In this document: positions 7,833-17,977 of the stretch, piece by piece
Numbering within the stretch: position 1 is the stretch's first letter
How the letters are laid out: each line of letters opens with the position of its first letter
Assembly: GCA_964421245.1 (NCBI GenBank)
Contig: CAYQVW010000001.1
Location: 42,888-106,887, forward strand
Direction: 5' to 3'
Length of the DNA stretch: 64,000 nt
DNA from: an uncultured bacterium
GTDB taxonomy: Bacteria > Margulisbacteria > WOR-1 > XYC2-FULL-46-14
Notes under the pieces: model-generated
Seen by the model: only the letters and a program-made list of their open reading frames with translations
Database searches by the model: none
Told to the model about the DNA's origin: nothing
Position numbers and translations under genes: made by a program

Positions 7833-9635
7833 ATGAAGAAGGCTATTTTAGTAGCGTTACTCTGTTTTGCTTTGGCATTCTTTGCTCAGGCAAAAACTGC
7901 AGATGACCCCGGGAGGGTCAGTGTTGGGGCTCGGCCGCTTGGAATGGGTAAGGCCTATGTCGGCCTAGCCAATGACGTAAATACGATTTTTTTAAATCCA
8001 GCTGGACTAACTCAAATTCCTCAATGGCAGGCAACCTCTCTCTCTGGAAAATTTGTAAATGAAGTTAATTATCTCAACTTGGGAATGGCCATTCCGACAA
8101 TTCGCGGTAATTTTGGAATAGCCTATGTTAGTAGTGGTCTTGGCTTTAGTGCCTCTACAACAACCCTGGAAGCAGGGAGAATAACCGCAAGCAATGAAAC
8201 TGTAAGTTATTCTGATTACGATACCATTTGGCTATTAAGTTATGCCAGACCACTAAGAGGAGATTCTCTTTCCGCTGGTCTAACTTTAAAGTTATTTTCA
8301 AAGAATTTGACTGGTACTAATCTTTCTTCTGGTAATGCTTCTGGCTATGATCTGGATCTTGGTTTTCTATTTAAGCCCAACAAGGTTTTTAATGCCGGGA
8401 TGGTTTTTAAAAATATTATTCCTGCCAGTATGGGGGGGAAAATTATCTGGGGAACCGGTCTTGAGGAAGCTTTACCAGCGACTCTAAAGAGCGGACTTTC
8501 TTTAAAACTATTGGGAATAGATGGGTTAAGGCAGATTGATAGTCACAGATTGGTTTTGAATTTAGATAATGATTATCCGATCAGCCAAAGTAATATTCCG
8601 ATGACTTGGCATCTTGGACTAGAGTGGAAGCCACTGAAATTTTTATATTTAAGAGTTGGAATTGACCAGGATACAGCTGCAAAATCAGGTGGAGGCGTTT
8701 CGGTTGATGGGAATTTAACGGCAGGGATCGGTTTAGTTCACGGCAAATTCCGTTTTGATTATGCATATCATCAGTACAAAGCCACTCCCGGTGTAGATAA
8801 TCACTATTTTGCACTAAATTATGGTTTGTTCCAAGAAGAAGAAATAGAACTCGAAAGAGAGAGGCTTGAAAAAGAAAGAATTGAGAGAGAAAGACTGGAA
8901 AAGATAAGAAGAGAAAAGGAAAGATTAGAGCGGTTGGAAAGAGAGAGATTGGAGAAGATAAGAAGAGAAAAAGAGAGAATAGAGCGTGAGCGCTTAAGGA
9001 CAATACGAGAAAAAGCACGAATTGAAAGAGAAAAGAAAGAAGTAGAATTAAAAAGAATTAAAGAATTTGAAGAAGCCCTGCGCCGTGAACAATTAGAACA
9101 GGAGCGGCAGGAAAGAGCAAAATTATTAGCAAAACAACGTGAAGCCTTCTTTAAAGGAATTGGTAATGCCTTTGGTAATTTGGGAAATGCAGTTACTGGT
9201 GTTGGGCGGGGTGTGGGACAAGGGGTGGCTAATTTGGGTAAAGGGATCGGTAATGTGGTTGGAAATACTGGAAAGGCATTGGGAGCCTTGGGACAGAATG
9301 TAGGGCGTGGGGTTGGTGGAGCAGTGAATAATGTTGCCAAAGGTCTTGGAAGGATGTTTGAGGCTCCTGCTGTTTTAGATAAAGAAATTGAGCGAGGCTT
9401 TGATGAGGGAGAAAGAAAAGAACAAGAATTGCCAAGGGTTATGACGGTCAAGGAATCTTTTAGAGTCTTGAGAAAAATATTCACTGCCGAGAAACCACTG
9501 GAAGAACTTGGTACACTTGTCCCACAAATTGCCACCGGTCTTCTATTGTTAGGAATCAAGATTATCTTATTTATGTTTGTATTGTTGGTTATTTCTCTGA
9601 TTTTTTCTGAATGGGAGAAGAGAACCAGAGCATGA
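7833..9635 (+). CDS. exported modular protein: signal peptide + FadL/PorV-like OM beta-barrel-type domain + ~105-aa ER/K-rich helix + Gly-rich repeats + C-terminal TM anchor
   Basis: SP MKKAILVALLCFALAFFAQA; GARPLGMGKAYVGLANDVNTIFLNPAGL (FadL-like N-terminal signature); barrel-like segment ends ...NYGLF; then EEEIELERERLEKERIERERLEKIRREKERLE...; then GIGNAFGNLGNAVTGVGRGVGQGV...; then hydrophobic IATGLLLLGIKIILFMFVLLVISLIFS. Confidence 0.6.
   Translation: MKKAILVALLCFALAFFAQAKTADDPGRVSVGARPLGMGKAYVGLANDVNTIFLNPAGLTQIPQWQATSLSGKFVNEVNYLNLGMAIPTIRGNFGIAYVSSGLGFSASTTTLEAGRITASNETVSYSDYDTIWLLSYARPLRGDSLSAGLTLKLFSKNLTGTNLSSGNASGYDLDLGFLFKPNKVFNAGMVFKNIIPASMGGKIIWGTGLEEALPATLKSGLSLKLLGIDGLRQIDSHRLVLNLDNDYPISQSNIPMTWHLGLEWKPLKFLYLRVGIDQDTAAKSGGGVSVDGNLTAGIGLVHGKFRFDYAYHQYKATPGVDNHYFALNYGLFQEEEIELERERLEKERIERERLEKIRREKERLERLERERLEKIRREKERIERERLRTIREKARIEREKKEVELKRIKEFEEALRREQLEQERQERAKLLAKQREAFFKGIGNAFGNLGNAVTGVGRGVGQGVANLGKGIGNVVGNTGKALGALGQNVGRGVGGAVNNVAKGLGRMFEAPAVLDKEIERGFDEGERKEQELPRVMTVKESFRVLRKIFTAEKPLEELGTLVPQIATGLLLLGIKIILFMFVLLVISLIFSEWEKRTRA
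8832..9150 (+). repeat. in-frame imperfect tandem DNA repeats encoding the ER/K (ERLEKIRREKE) helix
   Basis: Reiterated gaaagagagag.ttggaaaag.taagaagagaaaa units are visible in the nucleotide sequence. Confidence 0.6.
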
Positions 9636-12367
9636 GGAAGCTGTTATTTTGTTTTGTGGTTTGGATTTTGATGTTTGCGGTTTCTGTAAACGCTGCAACT
9701 TTTACTGTGACTAATACAACTGATGATGGTAGCAGTGCAACCTGTTTACGCCAGGTTATTATTGATGCTGTTGCAAATGAAGAGGATGATACTATCAATT
9801 TTAATATTCCAGATTCTGATCCGGGATATACTACAGATGCAGGACAAAGTTATTGGAAAATCAGTGTTACCTCTGTTCTTCCCGCTCTTGATCCAAGTCC
9901 AAGTGGAAATACTTATTCGATTACTATTGATGGCACGACTCAAACAACTAATCGAGGAGATACAAATTTACTTGGTCCAGAAATAATGATTGATGGAACT
10001 AATGCCGGGGCAAATGAAAGTGGAATTTCTATTTCTACTGATGATTGTGTGATAAGAAATATTACAATATGTAATTTTGGTAATGAAGGCATAGTAATTA
10101 TTGGATCTGAAAATGCTGCTGTTTATGGTTGTTATATTGGAGTAGATGCTACTGGTGAGGCTGCCCAAGCAAACGGTAATGGAGTTGTTATTGATGCTTC
10201 TACTAATTGTCTTGTAGGGAGTAACGAGAGCTCTAGAAGAAATATAATATCTGGAAATACTGAAACAGGAATTACGATTATGGGGGAGGGTGGATCAGGT
10301 AATAGAATTTCAGGAAATTACATTGGGACTAATCGTTCTGGAACTTCTGCTTTGGGCAATGGTGTTCATGGAATAAGTATTGCAGGAACGGGTAGTTCTG
10401 ATGATCCAAATGATAATCAGGTTGAGGGAAATGTTATATCTGGCAATACAAATCATGGAATCAATATGGATGCTAGTGCTAGCAACGATATTTTAGGTAA
10501 TTATATTGGAGTCAATGCAGCAGGAGATGCTGCAATCGCTAATGGAGAAAGTGGTATTACTATCTTTGATGCTTCTCCAAATAATGCAATAGGGGATGGT
10601 ACGTCTTCTGGCAGAAATGTCATATCTGGCAATACAACTGATGGTATTAGTATTTCAGATGCTGAGTCAGAAGGCTGTACTATTAAGGGCAATTATATTG
10701 GAGTCAATGCAGCAGGAGATGCTGCAATCGCTAATGGAGAAGAGGGGATTGATCTTTCCTTGGCAGTTTCGATTGAAGTAGGTGGAACGTCAAGTGGAGA
10801 TAGAAATATAATATCTGGCAATGCAGGTAATGGATTAATCATATCCGAGACATCAAATACTTTGGTCTATGGAAATTATTTTGGTTTAGATGCAGCAGGA
10901 ACGGCGGCAATAGGAAATGGGGCTAACGGAATTTATATTTCGGGTGGGTCCGCAAACAATTTAGTTGGAGATGGAACAACTGCTGGAAGAAATGTTATGT
11001 CTGCAAATGGTGACAATGGGATTGAGATAGTTGATAGTGGAACCAATTCAAATGAGGTTAACAATAATTATTTGGGGCTTGATGCTAATGGGGCTGAGAC
11101 AGCTGGTATGACAAATACTTCAACCGCTATTTATCATGATGATAATGCTAGATACACAAAAATTACCAACTCAAGGATTAAAAATGATGGAATTGCAATA
11201 GTCATTGCCAATGGAGTAAGTGATTATGAAATATCAAACAATATTATCATTGGTGCAGGAATAACGAATTCGTTTGGGATCAGACTTGAGGGGACTGGTA
11301 CGGTTGGTGAAGGAGGGTTGGTTAGCACTAATGAGGTCCGAGGATTTCATGTTGGTATCTATGCTGATACATCGAGTAGTAAAACTGTTGATATTCTTCA
11401 TAACACACTTGTTTCAAATAACGATTCAACTAACTCAGGGGCGGGTGTGCAAGTTGATGGTGGTTTAGTGGATATCAAAAATTGTATTATTGCGACTGAT
11501 CCTACCGAAACAGCAACTCCTTCTGCCAGTATTGGAATACAGGCTGATGGAGGGACTACTAGTGTTTCGTATTCTGATATCTATGGCAATAGTAACAATT
11601 ATTCAGGCACAGGAACAATTACAAAAACTGCTACCATCCATGCAAAAGCCCTTTTTACTGACTCGGCTAATGATGATTATACTCTTTTATTTAACTCTCC
11701 CTGTATCAATACCGGTACCCCCGAAGGTGCTGATATGGGAATGTATCAATATACCGATGTTACTCCGGAGGTAAGAGTTATATCTCCTAACGGTGGGGAA
11801 AATTGGCAAGAGGAATCGACTCAGACTATTACTTGGACAACAACCGCCTCTGCCAATACTTATGACCTATATTACTCCACCGATAGCGGTGTTTCTTATA
11901 CGGCTATTACTACTGGATTATCTAATGTTGGTACATATAGCTGGACACTTCCTAGTGTGGACTCTTCAACCTCTAGGGTAAGGGTAGTTGCCAATGGAAC
12001 AACCTATACGTCAAGTGATGAATCCGATGCTGATTTTACTATCAGCTCTAAATCTGTACAGGTTGAAGGTGAAGTTATGACCAGGCCAAAGAGTATAAAA
12101 CCACAACAAGGTCAAACAACCAAGATTGCTTATAATCTATCTACACAAGCTGATATTAGAATTCTCTTAATTAGTAAGTATGGAAAAGTACATTGGAACT
12201 ACTTTGCATCAGCGGGGAGTGTGGGAGCCGCGGCTGGTTACAATGAAGTAACCTTTGATGGGAAATCGATTCTGATTGGAGAAACTGTTCCAAATGGCAT
12301 TTATATGATAAAGATTATCTCTCAAAATAGGGTTCTTGAATCTGGCCATTTGGTTGTAATTGATTAG
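9611..12367 (+). CDS. secreted right-handed parallel beta-helix (PbH1) repeat protein with C-terminal Ig/sorting-like domain
   Basis: SP MRKLLFCFVVWILMFAVSVNA; more than 10 repeats of the form NxISGNxxxGIxI / GNYIGxNAAGDAAxANG; C-terminal ~90 aa (VTFDGKS...NGIYMIKIISQNRVLESGHLVVID) resembles FlgD-Ig/T9SS-type C-terminal domains. Confidence 0.7.
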   Translation: MGEENQSMRKLLFCFVVWILMFAVSVNAATFTVTNTTDDGSSATCLRQVIIDAVANEEDDTINFNIPDSDPGYTTDAGQSYWKISVTSVLPALDPSPSGNTYSITIDGTTQTTNRGDTNLLGPEIMIDGTNAGANESGISISTDDCVIRNITICNFGNEGIVIIGSENAAVYGCYIGVDATGEAAQANGNGVVIDASTNCLVGSNESSRRNIISGNTETGITIMGEGGSGNRISGNYIGTNRSGTSALGNGVHGISIAGTGSSDDPNDNQVEGNVISGNTNHGINMDASASNDILGNYIGVNAAGDAAIANGESGITIFDASPNNAIGDGTSSGRNVISGNTTDGISISDAESEGCTIKGNYIGVNAAGDAAIANGEEGIDLSLAVSIEVGGTSSGDRNIISGNAGNGLIISETSNTLVYGNYFGLDAAGTAAIGNGANGIYISGGSANNLVGDGTTAGRNVMSANGDNGIEIVDSGTNSNEVNNNYLGLDANGAETAGMTNTSTAIYHDDNARYTKITNSRIKNDGIAIVIANGVSDYEISNNIIIGAGITNSFGIRLEGTGTVGEGGLVSTNEVRGFHVGIYADTSSSKTVDILHNTLVSNNDSTNSGAGVQVDGGLVDIKNCIIATDPTETATPSASIGIQADGGTTSVSYSDIYGNSNNYSGTGTITKTATIHAKALFTDSANDDYTLLFNSPCINTGTPEGADMGMYQYTDVTPEVRVISPNGGENWQEESTQTITWTTTASANTYDLYYSTDSGVSYTAITTGLSNVGTYSWTLPSVDSSTSRVRVVANGTTYTSSDESDADFTISSKSVQVEGEVMTRPKSIKPQQGQTTKIAYNLSTQADIRILLISKYGKVHWNYFASAGSVGAAAGYNEVTFDGKSILIGETVPNGIYMIKIISQNRVLESGHLVVID

Positions 12368-12375
12368 GATAGTCC

Positions 12376-12404
12376 TTGACAAGCCAATTTGCCCTTGTCA
12401 TAAT
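12376..12404 (+). promoter_or_regulatory. sigma70-like promoter TTGACA-N17-CATAAT within an inverted repeat (TTGACAAG...CTTGTCA), upstream of the small zinc-ribbon gene and dnaE
   Basis: Read from sequence: TTGACA at 12376-12381, CATAAT at 12399-12404. Confidence 0.4.
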
Positions 12405-12430
12405 TCAAAAAAAGGGGAGGTGAGGTAAAA

Positions 12431-12577
12431 ATGGTATCAGGATATTGCGTAAAATGTAAAAAGAAACAGGAAATGGGTGGAGCGAAAGAAGTAACTTTAA
12501 AAAATGGAAGAAAAGCGGTAAAGGGAGAATGCCCAAAGTGCGGAACTAAAATGTTTAGAATTGGGGGTATGAAATAG
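12431..12577 (+). CDS. small zinc-ribbon protein (48 aa, DUF5679-like), absent from the ORF track because it is under 60 aa
   Basis: Strong RBS GGGGAGGTGAGG 7 nt upstream; MVSGYCVKCKKKQEMGGAKEVTLKNGRKAVKGECPKCGTKMFRIGGMK has two CxxC knuckles. Confidence 0.6.
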   Translation: MVSGYCVKCKKKQEMGGAKEVTLKNGRKAVKGECPKCGTKMFRIGGMK

Positions 12578-12601
12578 GTGTTGTGATATAATTAGGAGGT
12601 T

Positions 12602-15600
12602 ATGCCTTCTAATTTTGTACATTTACACGTTCATTCAGAATTTAGTCTGCTTGATGGTGCATCAAGGATACCGGATCTAGTTCAAAGATCTAAAGATTTG
12701 GGTATGCCGGCCATTGCGATAACCGATCATGGTTATACATATGCGCTCATCAATTTTTATATAAAAGCTGTCGCTGCTGGAGTGAAGCCTATATTAGGCT
12801 GTGAGCTCTATGTTGCTCCACGTACTCGTTTTGATAAGGAGACTAAGGCAGATCGGTCTCCTTATCACATTACTCTGCTTGCAAAAAATCGAGATGGTTA
12901 TCGAAATCTCTTAAAACTAGTATCACTTGCTTCTATTGAAGGATTTTATTCAAAACCTCGTATTGATAAAGAATTAATAGAAAAACATCGTGAAGGTCTA
13001 ATTGTCTTATCTGGATGTCCAAAGGGTGAAATACCTCAACTTATTTTGGCTGATAAATTTGAAGAGGCAAAAAAAGTTGCTAAGTGGTATAAGGACAATT
13101 TTTCCGACGATTTTTATCTTGAAGTACAGAATGTTTCTATAGACATAAATGAAACCATTAATAATGCTCTGCGTAAAATCGGAGATGAATTAAAAATCAA
13201 ACTGGTTGCAAGTAATGATTCTCACTATACTAATCAGTGTGATGCCACGACCCAAGATGTTTTAATGTGTATTCAAACCGGAGCGTTTCTAGATCAAGAG
13301 AAGAGGATGAAGTTTTCAAGTCAAGAACTCTACCTCAAAACAGAAAAAGAGATGCTCGAAGCTTTGCCCGATTTTAAAGATGCCATAAAAAATACAATTG
13401 AAGTTGCCAATAAGTGTAATGTTGAACTTGAATTAGAGACCCTGCGCTTACCTCATTTTCCAGTACCTAAGGGATACACTTTAGAGAGTTATTTGGAAGA
13501 GTTGGTTTGGCAAGGGGTACAAAAGTATTATGGCGTTTCCGTTAATGGAGAAATAAAAGTTCCCCCAGAGATTAATGATCGTGTAAAATATGAACTCTTC
13601 ACTATTGAAAAGATGGGTTATCCTGCTTATTTCTTGATTGTTCAAGATTTTATTAACTTTGCAAAATCTTCTGGGATCCAGGTTGGGCCCGGCCGTGGTT
13701 CTGCAGCAGGTAGTATTGTCTCTTACGTTTTGGGAATCACCAGTGTTGATCCGATGAAATTTGGTTTGCTTTTTGAACGCTTCCTAAATATGGAAAGAGT
13801 CTCGATGCCCGATATTGATATTGATTTTTGTATCGATCGCAGAGGTGAAGTAATTGAATATGTTTCAAAAAAATATGGGCAGGACCATGTTGCCCAAATT
13901 GTTACCTTTGGAACGATGGCAGCTAGGGGAGTTTTGCGAGATGTTGGACGAGTAAAACAGATTCCTTTAAATGATGTTGATCGCTTGGCTAAGATGGTTC
14001 CTTTTGCTCCGGATATGAATTTAAATAAGGCACTGGAACAGAGCAAAGAATTAAAAGAGCGATATGACAAAGACAAAGTTGTAAAAGATTTAATTGATAC
14101 AGCCAAACAATTGGAGGGTTTTTCGCGCCATGCATCAATGCATGCAGCTGGTGTTGTTATCTCTAAAGAGCCATTAACCGATTATGTTGCGCTGCAGAGA
14201 ATTGACGATAAGACCATTGTAACTCAAGCTCCAATGGGAGATTTAGAAGCAGTTGGATTGCTTAAGATGGACTTTTTAGGTCTTCGAAACCTTACCATGA
14301 TGGCCCATGCGGTCAATTTGATTAAAGAGAATAAGGATCCTGAATTTGACATGGATAAGATTCCATTTGATGATCTAAACAGTTTTGGTCTTTTTTCAAA
14401 AGGAGAGACAGTTGGAATATTTCAGCTCGAATCATCTGGAATGAGAACATTGATTAAAGATCTGAAGCCAGATAATTTTGAAGAGATTATTGCTCTTTTA
14501 GCTCTCTATCGTCCAGGCCCGCTTGAATCTGGCATGGTATCGGATTATGTAAAAAGAAAACACAAAGAGATTCCGGTTAAGTATGATCTCCCAGTACTTA
14601 AACCGATTCTTCAATCAACTTACGGGGTAATACTTTATCAAGAGCAGGTAATGGAGATTGCCTCAAAAGTTGCGGGCTTTAGTCTTGGACAGGCAGATAT
14701 TTTGCGGCGTGCAATGGGGAAGAAGAAGGTTAAGGAGATGGCGACCCAGAAAGAGTTGTTTATTACGGGGGCAGTAAAAAATGGGGTATCAAAGCATAAG
14801 GCGGCACAACTCTTTAATCTCTGTGCAAAATTTGCCGGTTATGGATTTAATAAGTCTCACTCTGCTGCTTATGCTGTTATTTCTTATCAGACAGCTTATT
14901 TAAAAGCTAATTATCCGGTAGAATTTATGGCAGCTTTATTAACATCGGTTATGGGCAATACCGATAAGCTGGCAATTTATCTTGGCGAAGCGCAAAAGAT
15001 GGGGATTAAAGTTTTGGGGCCAGATGTTAATTTGAGCCAAAGAATCTTTTCTGTTTCAGATGGAGCAATTCGTTTTGGAGTGACCGCAATTAAGAATGTT
15101 GGAGTGGCGGCAATTGATTCTATTATTAATTCAAGAATTGATGGTCCGTATAAATCGATGCTCGACTTTTTTAAACGGATCGATAACAGGACAGTGAATA
15201 AAAAAGTAATTGAGAGTCTGATTAAAGCCGGGGCTTTTGATTCTTTTGGTGCCAATAGGGCCTATCTTTTAGAAACTTTTACAAAAACTTTAGGTCGCGC
15301 TAATTCAGAAGAGAAGAGTCGGGCAAATGGACAAAGTCTTCTCTTTGGTTATGAAGAAATCGCGACCTCTGGAATAATTGAAAATGGGGAAGAGATTGAT
15401 ATTCCCGAATTTGCTCCAGATGTTAAACTTCGAATGGAAAAAGAACTTTTAGGCTTTTATATTTCAGATCATCCATTGGTTCACATAAAAGAGTCTTTAG
15501 CTGCACAGGTCAAGAATCAAATATTAGATATCCAGGAGAAGAAAGAGGGGGACGCTGTATTAATTGGTGGGATGCTTAATCGCTCAAGACGAATTAACAC

Positions 15601-16060
15601 TAAAAAGGGAGATCCGATGTTGATTACAAACATTGAAGATCTTTCTGCAACGATTGGTTTGGTTGTTTTTCCAAGAACATTCAAAGAATGTTCTGAACTT
15701 CTAATGGATGATGCGGTTGTTATTGTTTCTGGTAAGGTCAATCGAGATATTAGAACTGATGAACTCAATGTAATTGCCGAAAATGTTCGACCGTTGGCAG
15801 AGATTCACAAAGAACGGATTCTCTTTCTTGATATTCTTGATATGAAGGATAAGTCAGTTTTGCATAAAGCTAAGGACCTGTTATTAGAGAATTCTGGCCC
15901 TAATCCGGTAGAGATTGTTTATGATGGTAAAAAGCTTGCAGCATCATCGAAGTATCATGTTAAAATAAGTCCGGAGCTGGTAGCTGAACTCGAGAAGTTA
16001 TTAGGTAGTGAATCGGTAGAAGTTAAGATGACCGCAGTGCCGGTTAGAACAGGAGGGTAA
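12602..16060 (+). CDS. dnaE: DNA polymerase III alpha subunit
   Basis: PHP domain start [16 protein letters not shown], 1152 aa, polymerase core and OB-fold C-terminus. Confidence 0.95.
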   Translation: MPSNFVHLHVHSEFSLLDGASRIPDLVQRSKDLGMPAIAITDHGYTYALINFYIKAVAAGVKPILGCELYVAPRTRFDKETKADRSPYHITLLAKNRDGYRNLLKLVSLASIEGFYSKPRIDKELIEKHREGLIVLSGCPKGEIPQLILADKFEEAKKVAKWYKDNFSDDFYLEVQNVSIDINETINNALRKIGDELKIKLVASNDSHYTNQCDATTQDVLMCIQTGAFLDQEKRMKFSSQELYLKTEKEMLEALPDFKDAIKNTIEVANKCNVELELETLRLPHFPVPKGYTLESYLEELVWQGVQKYYGVSVNGEIKVPPEINDRVKYELFTIEKMGYPAYFLIVQDFINFAKSSGIQVGPGRGSAAGSIVSYVLGITSVDPMKFGLLFERFLNMERVSMPDIDIDFCIDRRGEVIEYVSKKYGQDHVAQIVTFGTMAARGVLRDVGRVKQIPLNDVDRLAKMVPFAPDMNLNKALEQSKELKERYDKDKVVKDLIDTAKQLEGFSRHASMHAAGVVISKEPLTDYVALQRIDDKTIVTQAPMGDLEAVGLLKMDFLGLRNLTMMAHAVNLIKENKDPEFDMDKIPFDDLNSFGLFSKGETVGIFQLESSGMRTLIKDLKPDNFEEIIALLALYRPGPLESGMVSDYVKRKHKEIPVKYDLPVLKPILQSTYGVILYQEQVMEIASKVAGFSLGQADILRRAMGKKKVKEMATQKELFITGAVKNGVSKHKAAQLFNLCAKFAGYGFNKSHSAAYAVISYQTAYLKANYPVEFMAALLTSVMGNTDKLAIYLGEAQKMGIKVLGPDVNLSQRIFSVSDGAIRFGVTAIKNVGVAAIDSIINSRIDGPYKSMLDFFKRIDNRTVNKKVIESLIKAGAFDSFGANRAYLLETFTKTLGRANSEEKSRANGQSLLFGYEEIATSGIIENGEEIDIPEFAPDVKLRMEKELLGFYISDHPLVHIKESLAAQVKNQILDIQEKKEGDAVLIGGMLNRSRRINTKKGDPMLITNIEDLSATIGLVVFPRTFKECSELLMDDAVVIVSGKVNRDIRTDELNVIAENVRPLAEIHKERILFLDILDMKDKSVLHKAKDLLLENSGPNPVEIVYDGKKLAASSKYHVKISPELVAELEKLLGSESVEVKMTAVPVRTGG

Positions 16061-16061
16061 G

Positions 16062-16376
16062 ATGGTTGAATTAAAATTTGGCAAAGATGGTTTAATTCCT
16101 GTAATTGCTCAGGATTATGAAACAGGAGAAGTTTACATGTTGGCTTATATGAATAAAGAATCATATGAGAAAACAATAGAGACCAAAGAAATGTGGTACT
16201 GGAGTCGTTCGCGTAAATGCTTATGGCACAAGGGAGATACCTCTGGTTGTGTACAGAAAGTTAAAGAATTATATTTTGACTGCGATAAAGACACACTTTT
16301 AGCTAAGATTGAACAGCTTGGCGGTAAGGCCTGTCATACCGGCAATAGAACCTGCTTTTTTGAGAAGATTATTTAA
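16062..16376 (+). CDS. hisI: phosphoribosyl-AMP cyclohydrolase
   Basis: [21 protein letters not shown]-type HisI signature with a CX..C..C metal site; 104 aa. Confidence 0.8.
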   Translation: MVELKFGKDGLIPVIAQDYETGEVYMLAYMNKESYEKTIETKEMWYWSRSRKCLWHKGDTSGCVQKVKELYFDCDKDTLLAKIEQLGGKACHTGNRTCFFEKII

Positions 16377-16792
16377 TGCGTATGATCGTGAGGTTTGAAG
16401 CCCGGTAATCCCTTACCAGTAGTCTTCTTTAGATAATCATCAATTGCAGATTTCAAAGCATCCTCGGCAAGTACAGAACAGTGCATTTTTACTGGTGGAA
16501 GACCACCTAACGCTTCAGCAACTGCTTTATTGGTAATTTTCAATGCTTCCTCAATAGTTTTTCCTTTAATTAAATCAGTTGCCATTGATGATGTTGCAAT
16601 TGCTGCGCCACAGCCGAAGGTCTTGAATTTTGCATCAGTGATTACGTTGTCTTTAACTTTGATATACATTTCCATAATATCGCCACAAACAGGGTTGCCA
16701 ACATGACCCGTGCCGTCTGGGTTTTCTATCTCACCCACGTTGTGCGGATTTTTGAAATGTTCCATCACTTTGTTTGAATACGAATCTGCCAT
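16373..16792 (-). CDS. iscU: Fe-S cluster assembly scaffold (IscU/NifU-like)
   Basis: NPxCGD...[11 protein letters not shown] conserved cysteines; 139 aa. Confidence 0.85.
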   Translation of the reverse strand: MADSYSNKVMEHFKNPHNVGEIENPDGTGHVGNPVCGDIMEMYIKVKDNVITDAKFKTFGCGAAIATSSMATDLIKGKTIEEALKITNKAVAEALGGLPPVKMHCSVLAEDALKSAIDDYLKKTTGKGLPGFKPHDHTH

Positions 16793-17953
16793 TTACTTTC
16801 TCCTTAAGGGCGACATAGCCCGTAAATTTTTAACAATCTTCGGAAAGACCTCTAATAGATATTTTACATCCTCTTTAGTATTAAGTCTACCCAGGGAGAA
16901 CCTAATTGATCCATGAGAGTCCTCGGGTGAGGTGCCGATTGCTCTTATAACGTGTGATGCCTCAAGACTTCCAGAAGAGCAGGCCGAGCCGGTTGATGCG
17001 GCAATGCCCTCCATGTCAAGCTTTAATAGCATTGACTCTCCTTCAACATATTTAACAATTATTGCCGCATTTTTGGGGAGTCTTTTGGTTCTATGTCCAC
17101 AGATAATAACATCGGGAATCTTTTTTTCAATCCCTTTAAATAACATTTCACGAAGTTCGGTAGTTCTTTTGATTCTATCTTGAAGTTCATTTTTTGCAAT
17201 TTCTAATGCTTTGCCTAATGCAACTATTCCTGCAACATTTTCGGTAGAAGCGCGACGGTTGCTCTCTTGTGATCCTCCACGCAGGAATTGAGTCATACGG
17301 GTTCCTTTTTTAATATATAAGAATCCAATTCCTTTTGGTCCATAAAACTTATGTGCTGATGCAGAAAGTAAATCGACACCCAAATCGGCTACATCAACCT
17401 CAAGCTGTCCGACGGTCTGTACCGCATCAGTGTGGAAATAAACACCTTTTTCTTTGGTGATTTTGGATATTTCTTTAATCGGTTCAATTGTACCGATCTC
17501 ATTATTTGCATGCATTATTGAAACAAGGGCTGTTTTATCTGCAATTGCTTTTTTTACATCCTCTGGATTTATTAATCCATCTTTATCAACATCAAGATAA
17601 GTGACTTTGAATCCTTCTTTTTCTAAAAAGTGGCAGGGTTCAAGAATTGCATGATGCTCGATTTTTGAAGTTATAATATGATTCTTCTTTGGTTTCAATT
17701 TATTGATAACACCGAAGATTGCAAAGTTGTTGGACTCAGTTCCACCGGAGGTAAAGACAATCTCTTCTGGTTGGCAGTTTATTAAATCAGCAACCTGAAT
17801 TCTCGCTTTTTGTACTGCTGCTTTGGCTTCTTGTCCAAAACTGTGTAGAGAAGATGGATTTCCAAATTTTTCTTTCAAATAAGGGAGCATAGCTTCTACT
17901 ACTTCTGGGTGTGGAGGAGTAGTTGCAGCATAGTCCATGTAGATACGTTTCAT
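16793..17953 (-). CDS. iscS: cysteine desulfurase (class V aminotransferase)
   Basis: YMDYAATTP start, SASAHKFYGPKG PLP-lysine motif, SSGSACSS active-site Cys loop. Confidence 0.9.
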   Translation of the reverse strand: MKRIYMDYAATTPPHPEVVEAMLPYLKEKFGNPSSLHSFGQEAKAAVQKARIQVADLINCQPEEIVFTSGGTESNNFAIFGVINKLKPKKNHIITSKIEHHAILEPCHFLEKEGFKVTYLDVDKDGLINPEDVKKAIADKTALVSIMHANNEIGTIEPIKEISKITKEKGVYFHTDAVQTVGQLEVDVADLGVDLLSASAHKFYGPKGIGFLYIKKGTRMTQFLRGGSQESNRRASTENVAGIVALGKALEIAKNELQDRIKRTTELREMLFKGIEKKIPDVIICGHRTKRLPKNAAIIVKYVEGESMLLKLDMEGIAASTGSACSSGSLEASHVIRAIGTSPEDSHGSIRFSLGRLNTKEDVKYLLEVFPKIVKNLRAMSPLRRK

Positions 17954-17977
17954 GTATCTATTATACTATGGAGAGAA

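Noticed and set aside
8832-9150. Possible CRISPR-like array from reiterated gaaagagagag / ttggaaaag units
   Set aside because: Units are imperfect, unspaced, in-frame and encode a continuous E/R/K helix. No cas genes; this is a coding tandem repeat.
8581-9559. Long minus-strand ORFs (145 aa and 246 aa) antisense to the ER-repeat/Gly-rich gene
   Set aside because: Low-complexity S/L/F and P/S/A-rich translations are mirror artefacts of the purine-rich GAA/AGA repeat and Gly-codon runs on the plus strand. No RBS; the plus-strand gene has coherent domain structure.
9229-12000. Numerous 60-95 aa ORFs on both strands inside the beta-helix gene (e.g. 9723-9986, 9968-10168, 11490-11774)
   Set aside because: Alternative-frame products of a repeat-rich gene; not independently supported.
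12372-12410. Hairpin CTTGACAAG-N-CTTGTCA followed by A7 as a possible rho-independent terminator for the beta-helix gene
   Set aside because: The run after the stem is poly-A, not poly-T, on the coding strand, so it cannot terminate plus-strand transcription. More consistent with a -35/-10 promoter and possible operator for the downstream genes.
13723-15768. Minus-strand ORFs inside dnaE (127, 92, 83 aa)
   Set aside because: Antisense to a highly conserved essential gene; no motifs.
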